Below are positions 1 through 13,330 of a stretch of DNA of 64,000 bases, piece by piece (position 1 is the first letter of the stretch; every line of letters begins with the position of its first letter). The notes below the pieces were generated by a model. That model saw nothing but the letters and a program-made list of their open reading frames with translations, had not been told where the DNA came from and did not search any database. This DNA is from Paragordius varius (lineage: Eukaryota; Animalia; Nematomorpha), in assembly GCA_964247055.1 (NCBI GenBank), contig OZ176056.1, forward strand, positions 2,914,001 through 2,978,000. The letters are read 5' to 3'. A program made the translations under genes and the position numbers.

Positions 1-1525
1 CTTTATTAATGATTATATTTTTTCGATATTTGGATTTGATTGGATCTACCGGTTTTCCTGTACCAGATCAAGCCAGCATTTTCCATTTTTATAAATATAT
101 AGATTAAAAAAAACAACCATAGTGTGAGACGCGTATCGTCCTTGTTAAGGACTTATTCATAATGAACACAAGCATACTCTGTCAGTATTTTAAGATTTTA
201 AGACGAGTGATAACGAAAGAGAAAACAGAGAACTTAAGGCCTAGAGAGGGCAACCAATTGTAGTTAGATCAAGCTAATTATCATAATTCCTTCTTATCCA
301 TCAGCCAGGATAGGGAATTTATAATTAAAATTCACCAATTTTTTGGTGGCCATTTTTATATTTAAGGGTAGGCTAATATTTACGATCTCCATATTATGTT
401 GTTATTAAATATAAAAATGGCTTTTTCCGCCAAGATTTTTGTGAATTTTAACTAATAAAAATATAAAATTTTGCTGTTAAATTGTACTTGAATGGAAAAT
501 TAAACTTTTTATAAAGATCTGCTAATGATGAAAGCACAATTATATAATATAGCATGATGTATATTTTTCACAAGGACAACTTAAACCACCTTACTTAAAA
601 TCCTGCTGTACTATGTTTAGCATGCAATATTTATATAAAAGATATTAGAAAAAAATGTATGGACTACCGAATCTTTTATAATTGTATTAAAATAAATCCG
701 ACATCCTAATATAGATCAATATTAACAATGAGCTGCTTGTTTCACCGTTTTGAACATATTCTTTACAATGACCCATGTAATGAAATGTAGTTATTTTTAT
801 ATAATAATCTGCTTTATAGCACAATTCAAAAATATGGCTTTTCACTAAATAAATAAAAAACATTTACCAATTCTAAATATTTTCCAATATATAATTTATA
901 ATTCCAATAATATGGGTAGTTGTAAAAGGTAACAAAGCTATGAAACGTAAAACTGAAAAGATATTTATTCGGTTTTTTGTGTTTATATATATACTATAGT
1001 GAACATAATTTGCATGATAACAATAAAATTTCGAGTAACAAAGGATATGATATTTACATAGTACAAAAAAATATAAAAATAAGACAATGCAAATCTCACA
1101 AAAGATTATAGTATACAAACAAAATATATATTCATATGTTACAGTATTGCATCTTAAAAATGGGACTGGGGTTTTCAATATGGCTCTTTTACAAAATAAT
1201 TATCAAAAAGTTTAGCAGTGGAAGTATTCTAAAGATTCTCAGATTGTAAAGGAATGATTCAATGAATGTGATGAAAAATAATAAAAAATATTATGAAAAT
1301 GCTCGTTTTTGAGTTTTTATTTCAAATCGCTCAGAGATATACAACTCCCCCAAAATGTCATAGATATAAATACCACCTTTATATTATAGTTTTTTCGACA
1401 AATATATGAATATATAAATCCTAATTCTCTATTAAAAATTAATGCGTTTACATATATGAAATTATGTGAATTGTATATCCAAAATTTTTGTTTAATATTA
1501 GTAATAATTATTTATATACAATTAG

Positions 1526-2258
1526 TTTATTCTGGCTCTGGTACAAAGGACCCTGGTTTCCAATCAAGTTATAAAAGAAAAGGTATTATTTTTTGTTAGG
1601 TTTTTGCATTTAAATGAAACAAAAGTTGCGTTTGGATTGCGTTTTTGGTTAAAAAAAAGTTTTATTAAAAAAATAGTGCGATATATGCCTATTATTATTT
1701 TGCTTTCCTCTATAACTTAGGTCAAGATGATGGGTCTGGATTACGGCATTCTGGTTATAGGGGAAAAGGTATGTTTTTTATATAATTATGTTTTCTAAAA
1801 CTAGAATATGATTTGACTGGCATACAGAAAAGTTAGCATTCAAAGTTCCTTTAAAATCCTTCATAATACTCTAATGATTTACTACTATATCAATAGTTTG
1901 CAGTTTGCTGGAAATCTTTTAGTTTATTGTTTTTAAAATGTGTAAGACATGATTTTTCCTCGTCACATATTATCTTTTAATAAAAAAATAAAAATTGTAG
2001 TTTCACGTGAAAGAATTTAAAAAGTTGTATGATGGCCGTTTTAGAAAATAATTTTAATTTTAAAAACTGGGTCTTGACCTTGAATGAACAGAATAAGTGA
2101 GGGCATATTTATGATATTATAATAACATCTACGAAATGTATCATAATGTGATTCATTAATATTAATTATTTTAACGTTTATTGATTTAAGTAGAGTTTTT
2201 TATATTAAAATTTTTTAACTATTTAGGTTTGTTAGATGACCAAGATACATGGAAATGA
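1526..2258 (+). CDS. Candidate 3-micro-exon terminal coding segment, copy 1 (exons 1526-1582, 1721-1768, 2227-2258): ...YSGSGTKDPGFQSSYKRK-GQDDGSGLRHSGYRGK-GLLDDQDTWK*
   Basis: Each exon follows a T-rich ...tag acceptor. Donors are gtatta and gtatgt. The 57-nt and 48-nt exons are phase 1-1 and splice in frame to a TGA. The exons are GC-richer than their flanks and indel-free in both copies. AATAAA lies at about 2339. No start exon was identified. Confidence 0.45.
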
Positions 2259-3706
2259 TCAATGATAGATTCATTTGAACAAAACATTATCAATATTTAA
2301 TCTAAAAATTCAATGTGATTAAATTTTATTTTATTACAAATAAATATGATGGGCAATTCGCTAATTATATGTAAAAAATGGTATATTTTGGGGTAAAAAT
2401 ATTTTTATATCAAACCGTTTATTTAACATTCGCTGACTTAAAACATTCAAAATATTACGAGTCAAAATATATCATTTCAATTATTTTTTTGGATAAAATA
2501 TATAGGGTTTTTAAAAAAAATAAACATGCTTATGCGTAAAAATTGGAAAAATACTTTGCACAGGGCTCTACCCAGCGGATAATTAAAAAATTGTTTGGTC
2601 ATTAAATATTTGTCTATATACAAGACATATAATCATTATCTATTTACATTATACACAATTTATACGTTTCCCGAAACTATGCTTCAAACCCACTTCTATG
2701 CGTGATTGTTGTTAGATCATTACTCACTTGGTTTATGAAGGTATTTGACTAAATATTTTGCCTTTATACGAAAAATATATAAAATCTGTAAATCACTTTC
2801 CGGGAAATTGTGCTTTATTGACACGTTTTTCTTAAAAAATTAATTTTATATCGTAGAGTGCCACTACTTGAAAATTAATTTTATATTTACCCATAAAGGA
2901 TTTTTTTAATTTATGTGTTCTTATGTATGTTTACATTAAATTGGTTTAAAGAATATCTTCTGGGTTTAGATAAATAAGGGATGATATTTTACAGGGTGAG
3001 GGATCAAACACTAGAGTTCTTAAAGTATTTTGTTTGAATATCTCTTCAACGTAATAAATGGCAAGATTTTTTCGTATTTTTATTACCATTTTTACGTGGC
3101 ATCTAGCGGAACATAGGGTCAATTTCGAATAAGTTACAAATTAATGAGCTAAATATTATTTAAAGAATTTGTGATGTAGGTCTATTATAATTTTTCTTTC
3201 GATTGTAAAATATTTATTAAGTCATACTTGCGATATATTTACAAAAATTATTTATCGACATTGGAAAGTATTAGATTATCATCACCAAGTATTGATAATT
3301 TCACACAGGCTAAATACATAAAATGTATAAATAACAACAAAAATGCATTTTTAAAAAAATGGATTAAAACGATTTATAAAACATAATATAAATTAATATA
3401 AAATTATTTTAAATAAGTAATGTCCAATTATATAGTCGATCTGCATTCGACTTTATTCTGCGGCGGCGTTGATTTATATATTGTTTAAAAAGTTTGCTCA
3501 ATCATTTTATACAATAAAAAATATTTTTTTGTCCTATAATTCCTATTGTAAAATCATTTACTAAAGCATATCTAATTGTATATCTATACCTTTGAATTAT
3601 AATATTATTTTAAATGTGCACAAAATATCACATATTGGTTTAATAAATTGTGAAAATACTTTATAACTTATCCCATAAGTTTATTACATGGTTTTACTTT
3701 TTTAGT

Positions 3707-3976
3707 CAGGGGTGTCCAATATACGACCGCAAAACGCGGCTTCTGTTTAAATTTTAATTTATATGAACAAAACTTTAATTATCTCCTGTTAATTTTTAAA
3801 ACTTTGGATAAAAGTGTTATATAATAATAAACCAGAAAAGAAAGTAATGTTGATACTTTTATTAAATTTTAACCTAATCAAATAACAAATTTGTTGATTT
3901 GTATAATCAAATTTTTTACGGTCGTTCTAAGTCTTAAATGCGACCTAAAAGCCACTTGTGTTAGACTACACCTCTG
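3707..3976. mobile_element. Small hAT-type MITE (copy at 54441-54710)
   Basis: Left end CAGGGGTGTCCAA. Right end ...gtgttagac(t)acacctctg is an imperfect inverted repeat. No TSD recognised. Confidence 0.5.
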
Positions 3977-4431
3977 ATAAAATATGTAATTATCAAATAT
4001 TATATTTTTGATTTTCGAAATCTTACCTATCGGCATAACAAGTGACGAGGAAATCTGACACTTGAAACAACGTTTGAAATTCAAAAAATTTTTTCGACTT
4101 GTATTACATTCCCCTTTGTATTATTAAATGTGATCTGGGGGCTTGGGACATCATACGCTCCAACGGATGACATTAGGATATGATGAATTTCTCGTCCATA
4201 CCAATTTAAAGCCCGTATACGATTACTAATACTCAATACAAAATTGTTATATGGGTAATTTTGAGAAGCGTGGTGGTTTTGTTTGGTAAACATTTCGTTT
4301 TTTTTTGAAACTTTGCGTCGGATGGAATGCCCGCTAAAAGTTGGGCCGCATTCTCCGTACAAACTACGCGTGGAATATAATCTACCACTTCATCACAACT
4401 ATAATATATTTTGAAATTTGTATCCTATATA

Positions 4432-5576
4432 CCAGATGCAGTCATAAGTTATAACCGGTTAACTAGGAGAAAATGTCGGGGAAAAGTACGCAGTCGATTA
4501 ATTTAACACAGACACCATTTTGTTCATCTGACATTAAACGGTAAATGCAAACAAGTCGGGTCCGCTAAAAGCTAGTGTGTTCTTTTTATTATCATTCAGT
4601 AAATCATTCCTAATTTTGTTCCTAAAAACATTTGCGACACACATCGCTTTTATTTAAAGAATAAACTGTTAAAGGTTATCGTTTACTTGTTGAAACATAT
4701 GGTAATGTTCCATCGATTACATGATGCGAGGTTGAGAAAATATGATTTCAATATTGAAGAGACAACGAGCTTTAGTAGACTACAGATGTCGATAAATTAC
4801 AAGAGTTATTGGATTACCCAACCCAATCTCAACGGCAATAGACAAAAGCATTTTATCAAAAAAAACTTTAAAGGCCTGCGGGCAGCGGAAAGACCAACAC
4901 ACTAAGTTAATGGGTCCCCCACAATTTGGATTAAGGTCAAATCTAAAATGGCAAAAATGTCATGAAAAAGAAATTATATTTGGATTGATTTATGTAATGA
5001 AAAGTGACTTTACATTAAAAATCTAAAGTCAAAGAATTGGGGCTTGCAAAGCCGGTCCATCACGCATCCAGGCCAAATCACTTGGGCAAGAAGACCATGC
5101 TCTGTGTCTGGGAGAGCGGTATTATCTATTAAGTATTAATTCTCAGGAAACGGTTGATATACGTACAACTCTATCGCCAACAAATGATTAATTTAAACGA
5201 TGCATTATGCAAAAAACGTCTGATATGGGCCAGCAGACATGGCAAAGTGATTTTGACACATGACAATGTTGCATATCACACAGCAAAACCAGTAAACGAC
5301 CCCTCAAAATCGCTTCGATAGGGTTTTCCACATCCGTCGCACTTCCCTGACTTGTACCAATTAGCAACTACCTTTGTGTATTAGTTGGGGATACGCTCAA
5401 CAGGGAAGTACTTCAATAATTTGGATAAAGATAATCAATTTTTCCGACATAACATTCTTTAAATTTTGAGAGATGGGTGATATGAGAAACCGATGGACAT
5501 TAGATTGAATAAAATAAATCACTTTCAATACGCATTTTTTACCAAAAATCCGATAAAGACTTATGACCACACCAGG
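4432..5576 (+). mobile_element. Degenerate mariner (Tc1/mariner) transposon, copy 1
   Basis: Imperfect TIRs (ccagatgcagtcataagt / acttatgaccacaccagg) in a TA context. Frameshifted transposase remnants include YRQQMINLNDAL..KR..WASRHGKVILTHDN..HTAKPV and HP..SPDL-like motifs typical of mariner DD34D transposases. Confidence 0.88.
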
Positions 5577-7333
5577 TATATATCCTAGTAGGAGCTCCCT
5601 CTACGATTGATAAAGTAAAAAAGGATTCGAAAATTGAATTCTTTGCGGGTGTGTTCCCTCCCCCTCAGTGATTAATCCAATTGTGGCGTAAGAGACATGC
5701 TTTTTATAAGCCTCATCACCCCGAAAATAAATGTTATTTACTTAAATATTCAAAACGGGGGGATCCACTAAAGTTTATTTCATTAGATCGAAATCTTATA
5801 TAAGAGCTTTAAAATAAAGTTGCACAATATCCATTATCTATTATTATAAAAAATGTAAAATTTTAATTTTCTAAAATTATTTTTTAATTTTTTGAATATA
5901 ATACCCACATGGCAAATTTCCACGCACCTCATAAGCCTCCCATAAAGATTCATTTAGTTCGCGCAAACAGAGCTGGTTCTAATCATTATAGCAATTAGCA
6001 GAAGATCATAATTTTTGGAAGTAAAAATCGAACAAAAAAATACTTTATTTGAGAATGAGGATACTTCTTTTGTTATATGAATATTTTACGTTGATTATTT
6101 AGCGTCTTAACACGATTATTATTGACATTATTAAAATTATTATTGCTATTAATATTTTTATTAATGTTATTTTCATTGTGACGGGGCTCACACTGATTGT
6201 AACATTGTTTCGCTTTTTCATAAACACCATCTCGTGTCAAATTTTGTTTAACAGCCCAAAGGCCATAACAAGCGTGACAATAAGCTTGACATTTCTAAAA
6301 AAATCAAATTATTCATTTGGCCAGCTTCATTGATGTAGGAAAATATATTATCACCTCATATTCATCCTTAAACATGTCATATACACCCTTGGACATATCG
6401 AATCGACCCTCAAACATTTCAAATTCACACTCGAACTTAAAAACTAAATATATTTTTATTTACAACTGGGCAGAGGCGTCCCGAGCATTTGCGGCGCTCG
6501 GGTATAAAACTCTTATGGAGCCGCCGCTCCCCTTCTCTTTTTGAGCCAATAAAACAATTTATTAAAAAAATACAAACATTGCTACCTAAACACCATGGAT
6601 CTGACAACACAGTCAAATTAATTTAAATTTTTTGAATGACCTTTCACAACTAGCGACAGACGTTGAAATATTTAAAAGTATTTGAAAAGCAAACCCTTAA
6701 ATTGGGTAACACATCTTTGCCGTTTGAAATCATAAAGGTTAAAAGTTCTAACGGAGTTGTAGGTTTGACACCTTTTCGACTTAGGAGTAACATCCTACAT
6801 TCACAAACATCGATAAAAATATCTGTTCCATTAAAATCTGTATTATAAAATTGCCTATAGCTTTAAAATTATTTTAAAATCCTTATTTTTATTGTTATTG
6901 TTATTACGTGTCAATTAATTTTTATCTTACAAAAATCCAAATAGAATTTACACCTTTCAGCCTAAAGAATCGCTTTTCCATTTCATGTTGCAATTTATTC
7001 AATACCTGTTTCATAACACAATTAATTTCCCTTTCTGCAGAAAGAATCACTCAATCTGATTCTCCTAGGAATTTTTAGGCTTTCTAGCACGGGTTCATAT
7101 AGATAAAAAAACATCCGAGTTTTCACATACTATTTTAGCTTTTTATGGCTTCCTCGCATGATTCCGAATATCTAATAATTTAATAGTTAAGGTTTCAAAG
7201 TCCTTAAATGCTCCATTAAAATAATTTTAGAATCTTGCAATCTATGTTGAACCCTATCGATTAAAAATCAAAATGAGCTACAAATTTTAGTAAAAATAAT
7301 AGTTTCCAGGATTTGGTGCTGAGTCATCTAGAT

Positions 7334-8922
7334 CAGGGCTTCTTAAACTTTTGTAGTCCCGACCCCATTTATGATTGCGAGTTTCTTAACGAACCCAAAT
7401 ATAAAAGAAAAATATTACTTCGAAATAACACTTAGAAATTTTGTTGATAATATTAATCGGGATTATTTCGGTTTTGAGAGATTGACAAAAATTAATCTAC
7501 ATTTTTTATAAATTTCTATAACATTTTCTGATTCATAGTAAATTTATGCAATATACTAGCAGGCCCGGTCACGCTTCGGTGTGGTTTAGTCTCACCGATA
7601 AATATTCTTATTAATTTGCAATTAATAGAGTTAATGGAGATAAAAAATAATAATAAACATTTTTAAAAAGAATGTCTTTAATTATTACAGGTTTTTGCAT
7701 AGGCTGAAATATTGTTTACTCGAAATTGACCATATTTAATCTGTCCTTATTAAAGTTAATATTCGACTATCATTGGATTTATTTTAAAATTTTCGTTCGA
7801 AATCATTGTTAAAAGTTCTAATTTGAAATTGTGTTCATACAGCTGGGATCAAGGGATATAAAAAGTAAATCATTTGTAATCCCTTCTTAAAGGAAAAAAG
7901 GATATTATAGACAAATTCCCTAGAAAAGTGTTTAACTGAATCGTATGGCTTTTAAGTTTTTAGAAAATTAGCTCCAAAACTACGTCTATTTTCTATGGCA
8001 TCTCAGTTTTAAGCTGGTAGACCCCTACCCATGGACCTATATGGAAAAAGCGCTGAGTTAAATTCCTTGACTCTGTAAGGCATATATTTGGAATCATTTT
8101 TGATACCATCATCTCATGGTTATTCGAAAAAATACCTCAACACTAAATAATCGTTATATGATGGCGTTTAGGGTATAAAGGTCCGAAAATAGACCCGACC
8201 TTAATATTTACCTAGTTAAGGGTAATATTTCGAGCTTTTAATCTCATATGGCTTCATAAATTTTCTGTAAATTAGCTCCAAAACACAATTTCTATATGGC
8301 GCAGCTTAAGCGGCTATCTGTTTACTTAGTAGCTAATATTAAAACACGCAAGACTAAAATTTTTGCCTTTTAACAGACAATTCGAATCCTCAGTAAATTT
8401 TATCGGTCACACCCTGGGCAAAAAAATATTTAGTTTTTTTGAAAAAAATGGCATTTTACGGGGGGAACGGGTAAAAAGAGAGCCTAAATTAAAAAAGTAA
8501 GAATAAATCATATTTGAAAAAGGTACAACACGTTTTCCGGAAAATTGTCTCAAAGACACGATTTTTCTGGACTTCTGTTTTCAAAAAAACCCGTTTTTTA
8601 TACGGGGTGGCCCGAACTGAGAGCCTAATTCAAAAAAAGGGCGAAGCTATTGTCGGGGCATTCATTAATGAAATATTTTTTTGACATTTGGATTTGAATG
8701 GGTCTACCGGTTTTCCCGAAACAGATCATAAAGGCAAATGCTAATATAAACCCTTCTGAACCAGAAGATTTTATGATAATTATCTACAATGTTATTTTTC
8801 TTTATAACAATAATTTTACAAGTTAAAAAACATTTTTTGTTAAATTGTATTATCACTCGCGACCCTATAATTTTGCTACGCGACCCCAAATGGGGTCGCG
8901 ACCCATAGTTAAAGAAGCCTTG
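7334..8922. mobile_element. Non-autonomous hAT (Buster/Charlie-like) element nested in the 6471-10023 element
   Basis: TIRs CAGGGCTTCTTAAACT / AGTTAAAGAAGCCTTG, subterminal CGACCC motifs, and an exact 8-bp TSD ATCTAGAT with central TA (7326-7333 and 8923-8930). Confidence 0.88.
7555..8740 (+). mobile_element. Helitron/Helentron-like non-autonomous repeat nested in the 7334-8922 element (3' end approximate)
   Basis: Starts ACTAGCAGGCCCGGTCACGCTTCG. Internal blocks are shared with 30669-31392 and 48876-50083 (gaaaaaaatggcattttacgggggga..., gggcgaagctattgtcgggg...). No TSD seen. The family assignment is an inference from the end motif. Confidence 0.5.
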
Positions 8923-10744
8923 ATCTAGATACATTAAACTTTTAACATGTCCTGGAAAAGGAAGATTTTGGGTGCTAAAAATTTCATGCAGGCCAAATTC
9001 GATGTAAAACATTTTGCCATCGATCTTTTTCCGATTGTAAGTAAGCTTCTAGAGCAGAATCCCTGTTTTATTTATCAATCTTCTTGCTGCCTCTTTCCAA
9101 GTAAATGCTTTCCGATGATTGCTATTTTCATGATGGATTAATTTATATTTTTTCCTCCATTCATTTAAACCATGCGTAGTATAAAATATGATGGTAAAGA
9201 ATAATATCGATTAAAAAGAAGGAAAACCATACGCAGATTTGTTTTTTGGTGAATATAAAATCTATGACCTCTCAACTTTCTTTCTTTTTTACCGACACGT
9301 TGGAAAAACCAAGATTGAGGGATTGAACGATGAATTTTTGTTTTAAAGAGATTGCATTTATTAAATCCTTGATATCCACGAATAATCATTTCTGGTTGAG
9401 ATATTACGGGGACATTTTTATTAGAACATTGTAAAAAGGCGAAATCATTAAACTCTATAGGTATGGCGCTTGGAATCACAAATGGTATATTTGTAGTTTT
9501 CTCATCTCTTTATTGGATTAATAACTAGGATTTAAGGTGTAGTTCTTAATATTAAGGGGTACCGTTATGTTTATGTCGCATACACTTTTTTCAATGTTAT
9601 GGGATATTTTGATTAAAAAAGATTTACTCATTCGTTTTATTTGTTTTATTCTCTTCCTGGATCTTTCGTTTCCTATTTGCGTAACCGCTGAGTTTTGGCA
9701 ATATCTGATAATAATGTAAATAATTATAACAAATACAAAGCTATATTACCTACTTTGTTAGAGATGAGTAGAAATAAGTTTGTACATGTAGAAGGGAATA
9801 CCTGCATCAAAGTTGTTTTTTGCATAATGTCTCTTAGTCTCATTTATAAAAATTTTATATTTTTTAGGGATTATTACGTAAGTTGCTGAAATCCTACTAG
9901 AAAGTTGTTATAATTTTTGCATGTGAATTTAAATAAGAAAAATAATTTTGGTGCCCCTAAAAACGGCGCCCGGGGCATGATGCACCCCCTTGCCCCCCCC
10001 CCCCCCCCCTTGGTACGCCACTGCAACTGGGTTAAAATTAACAAGATACAGAAAAGGTTGATAAACAATTGTTTTAACAAAAATATTATACTAATAATGA
10101 GTTAGTTGAGCTCAAATATTAGGGTAATTTAACATGTTCAAGGGTAGAAATATTTTATAATATGAAATGCTTAAGGATGGATTTTATGGGATGTTCAACA
10201 CGTTTTTTGCGATACGCAAAAATGCTCTAAAAAATTGAAATTAAATCAAAAATATACGATTATTTCGAAGATATATTATCCAAAATTGAGGTCAAGAAAA
10301 CCAAAATATATCAAAGCAGCCACGAAGATGTTTATGTTGAACATTCATGTTAAGGCTCAATGGTATATTTTATCCTTTGAATATATCAATTTACATCCAC
10401 AACCATTCCAATACAACGAGTTATTTTTTAAAAATCTAGATAGTGGTCTTAATTACCATATTTTTAATTTTAAGCAATCAGTTTTAAATTTATAATTTAT
10501 TAATTACCCAGAAGTGTTAAATAAAAAAATATACCGCTTAAGTTAACAAACAGTTCGCAGTCTATGTGCGCCAGTTTACAAATTCTAAAAATAATTTGTT
10601 TACGAATTTCGATTTGCAAAATTTAATCTATCCCTCTATCTTATCGATTAAAAAATTGGAAATTATATAAAGTAGGATGTATTGCTAAAATTTATTCATT
10701 AATATTTTTTTTTGTTAAAAACTTTGACAATCCTTATCCATAAA

Positions 10745-11729
10745 ATGAAACTGATATTAACTGTAATACTTTTTGCCTCTACACTATCATGTTTTTGGAG
10801 TCAACCTTTGGAAACAAGCGAGAAATCAAACATTGAAGAAAATTATATCATATCACCCATAACAGTAAAAGCAAGTCTTGCTTTGGTAGAAGCCGCTAGT
10901 TCCTAATACAAAATTATCTCCCCGCAATCTGATTTAGCAAATGATACTAAATCCTTCATGGCCGTCAACAAGGTTGAATTATCATCAGGATTGGCCAACA
11001 AAACGGATAATACAATAAGTTTAGTAAACGCCGTGTATGTGGATAAACGATCTCTAAATCCTAAATTTGAAACTATCGTCAAAGATTTCGGAGCACCCAA
11101 AGCAATAAATATGTCAGACTCTCAACAATCTATAAATGAAATCAATAGGGATGTTGGTAATTGGACACATAATAGAACCACGAAAATAATTGAGAGTGTT
11201 TCATCAAATACTGCAACAATTTTCATTTCTTCCTTGTACTTTAAAGCCTTGTGGCTTAAACCATTTCAAAAGTAAGTTATTAAACAAAAGCGCAACTGAA
11301 GTTTAACATATTTTCTTTGAATTTATTGTCAGTATTGATGAATATGTGTAATAAATTATTGAAATTTAGAGTCAAGAAAAGCCCATTCAAAGATTACAAA
11401 GGGAATGTGACCTTGGTTGATTCATTGAGCACAAATGACGATATTACAGTATACAGTGCAAGCGAAATCAATTCAACCATAGTAGTATTGCCATACAAAA
11501 ATGATAACTTTACATTTATTGCCATTGTCCCTGGAACTAAAGAAAATATGCACCGCATTCAAAACATATTTAATAAGGTTGGTGAGAATAGAGTCATGTC
11601 TCAAATCTCCAGTTGGATCAATGCATCAAGCAATACCACAAAGCGTGGATTAAAAATTCCCTTAATCAATATAACAGCTGAACATGATCTACTTTCCAGA
11701 CTTGACAAAGCACTCCAGTGCCATAAAGA
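10745..11729 (+). pseudogene. Serpin-family gene, apparently disrupted (exon 10745-11271, intron, exon 11370-11729; RCL exon not found)
   Basis: Signal peptide MKLILTVILFASTLSC and serpin motifs NYIISP, LVNAVYV and ISSLYFKALWLKPF. In-frame TAA at 10904-10906. Phase-2 intron gtaagt...tttag at 11272-11369. Colinear with the minus-strand paralog and ends at the same CHK/GA|gt junction. Confidence 0.8.
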
Positions 11730-12594
11730 GTAACAATTTTTTTTGTATAGTTTTCATATTATTATGCTTGTTTGTAACTCAAAACTGGCAAAATAAGTTT
11801 TTACTTTTAGAAAAAAATTCTTAGCATTTTTTTTAAATTTTTTAAATGGGTAATATCACTTGGATACAAAACATTTATTCCCCGTTTCGCAACCCAAAAA
11901 GATGATTAAATTCATAAAAATACAAGAAAATATAAGGTTTTTTTTATAAATTACTGTAAGTTCCGTTTAGAAAAATATCATCTCATAGAAACTACCAAAA
12001 AAATAAAATATTAAAGATAGTAAACTCATGAAAGGTTTAATTTTAAAGATATTTAACTAAATCTACTTTTTGTATGATATCTATCGAGAGTTTAATAAAC
12101 CAATTCAATATTCTATTTCATATAATCGCCTATATAATTCTGATTACCTGCGTTAAAAATAGGTGGCTATAAAAAATACATGAAAATTATATGTTCTGAT
12201 AGAAAAAGGTATCAGTTCTTTTGGTTATATCTTTTACAAGTGATATAAGAAAGTTATATACATTTTTCCGGTAATTGCTCCATATCAGAAAATGGCATTT
12301 GTGCAAATTTTTCTGATAACTTTTTTGGCTTTAGAAAAGTTGAGAATTTCGAAACGCAATAATATTAATTTGCCAAAGAGGTATATACATTTATATATTA
12401 TACAAAGTGCTATTTGTGGCCAAGATCTGTTGATAAAAAATCCGTAATATCAAGTGTGCCAAAATCCGGTGTGCGAAAACCACAAAAAAACCATCATTTA
12501 TTGCATTAATTGCTAAATATTTATTATTGTTTTTTTTGTATATTATGTAAACCTTTAAAAAATGAATATTCGCAGAATAACATGTTTCCTAATT

Positions 12595-12715
12595 TAGTAT
12601 TTTGGCCTAATTTGAAAAACGATCTCACTTAATGGGTAGAGAATTGCAGGGCCTGACAATCCAACTGAACCAATCCTGAAACTTAACCCTATCTGTGGAG
12701 TTTTAGGAGCGGCTT

Positions 12716-12763
<48 letters not shown>

Positions 12764-13330
12764 CCCACCGCGGTTACTAGTCGTTAGTACTTATCGATAA
12801 CGCCAAAGGGATTTCGATTTAGAGTATTCTTAATTGCCTGGGAAAACTTATTGCTAGTTTTGGACTTCCTTGTCAATTGTAACTGACAATGCCAGCTGTC
12901 GGTATAGAAGAATTTGATAAAGCACATCTGCACCAAACCCTATTATCAAAGATCAACGAGATGGTAAAAGGAAAAACCTTGAAAAGTAAATATTTTTATA
13001 CCAAAGCTAAATTAATGCATGTATATGAAGCATTATTCATATTTCTAGAGAACGGGTTTACATGCGCCAGAAATTCCTTCCGCTTTATTCATAAAACGTC
13101 AAGTTAACAACCCCTCATAAATTAAAGTCGACCCCAATCGAATTTATGAACCATAATATAAAACCGCACCGCGATTTTAGACTAACTTTTCTATATAAAA
13201 AATGAGTCGAGTAAGGGGTGGAGGCAGGTGCATATCATAAAAGGATGACTTTTATCGTACGAAGAAGACAAGGACAAGAAGGTAGTTAACCGAAAAACGC
13301 GTATCAGCTACCAAAAAGATAACACCATCT
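12595..13330 (+). mobile_element. Highly degenerate Ty3/Gypsy integrase relic
   Basis: Interrupted frames read FWPNLKNDL..WVENC, FGLP..VTDNAS, TSAP.P and KGWRQ..I..LLSY, which parallel the integrase of the 33.8-38.3 kb element. Confidence 0.7.
12718..12760. repeat. (TA)n microsatellite
   Basis: Uninterrupted TA run. Similar runs occur at about 14802-14849 (serpin intron), 30055-30090 and 43037-43068. Confidence 0.95.

Larger units (their letters stand above)
6471..10023 (-). mobile_element. Degenerate hAT transposon (TTF-zinc-finger / ZMYM1-like type) carrying nested insertions, copy 1
   Basis: TIRs CAGAGGCGTCCC / GGTACGCCACTG and an exact 8-bp TSD CAACTGGG (6463-6470 and 10024-10031). Minus-strand remnants include SVASCERSFKKFKLI (about 6615-6665, hAT dimerisation motif), PLELLTF...LPNLRV, and HENSNH..WKE / RSIPQSWF (8950-9400). 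Confidence 0.85.
1..10130 (+). repeat. Segmental duplication, copy 1 (homologous to about 49975-64000)
   Basis: Continuous colinear near-identity. 'tttattaatgattatattttttcgatatttggatttgattggatctaccgg' occurs at about 2 and about 49976, and 'taataatgagttagttgagc(t/c)caaatattagggta' occurs at about 10092-10125 and at the window end. ORF-track entries are paired (4687/55424, 6663/57400, 9695/63556). Both outer boundaries lie outside the window. Confidence 0.97.

Noticed and set aside
873-1178. Hydrophobic minus-strand ORFs repeated at 51460-51783, and plus-strand TM-like stretches near 895-928 and 1145-1225
   Set aside because: The composition is what AT-rich DNA gives by chance. The frame is not conserved between copies (frameshift, TGA in copy 2), or no acceptor exists, so no transmembrane exon is called.
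4081-4362. GC-richer ORF open in both duplicate copies, with FSGHSIRR resembling a tyrosine-recombinase motif
   Set aside because: Differences between the copies are mostly amino-acid changing and the downstream recombinase residues are missing. Probably a transposon remnant of unknown type.
9992-10009. Poly-C and poly-G tracts (also about 48924-48938 and 63857-63878) as G-quadruplex elements
   Set aside because: They are internal parts of transposon termini, and their lengths are unreliable in assemblies.
10904-10906. Stop-codon reassignment as an explanation for the in-frame TAA
   Set aside because: TAA terminates the paralogous serpin and the transposase normally, and no other exon contains in-frame stops.
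12889-13107. ORF starting MPAVGIEEFDKAHLHQT, reminiscent of beta-thymosin
   Set aside because: An overlapping frame gives VTDNAS and TSAP motifs and the flanks are Gypsy integrase remnants, so the resemblance is an off-frame coincidence.
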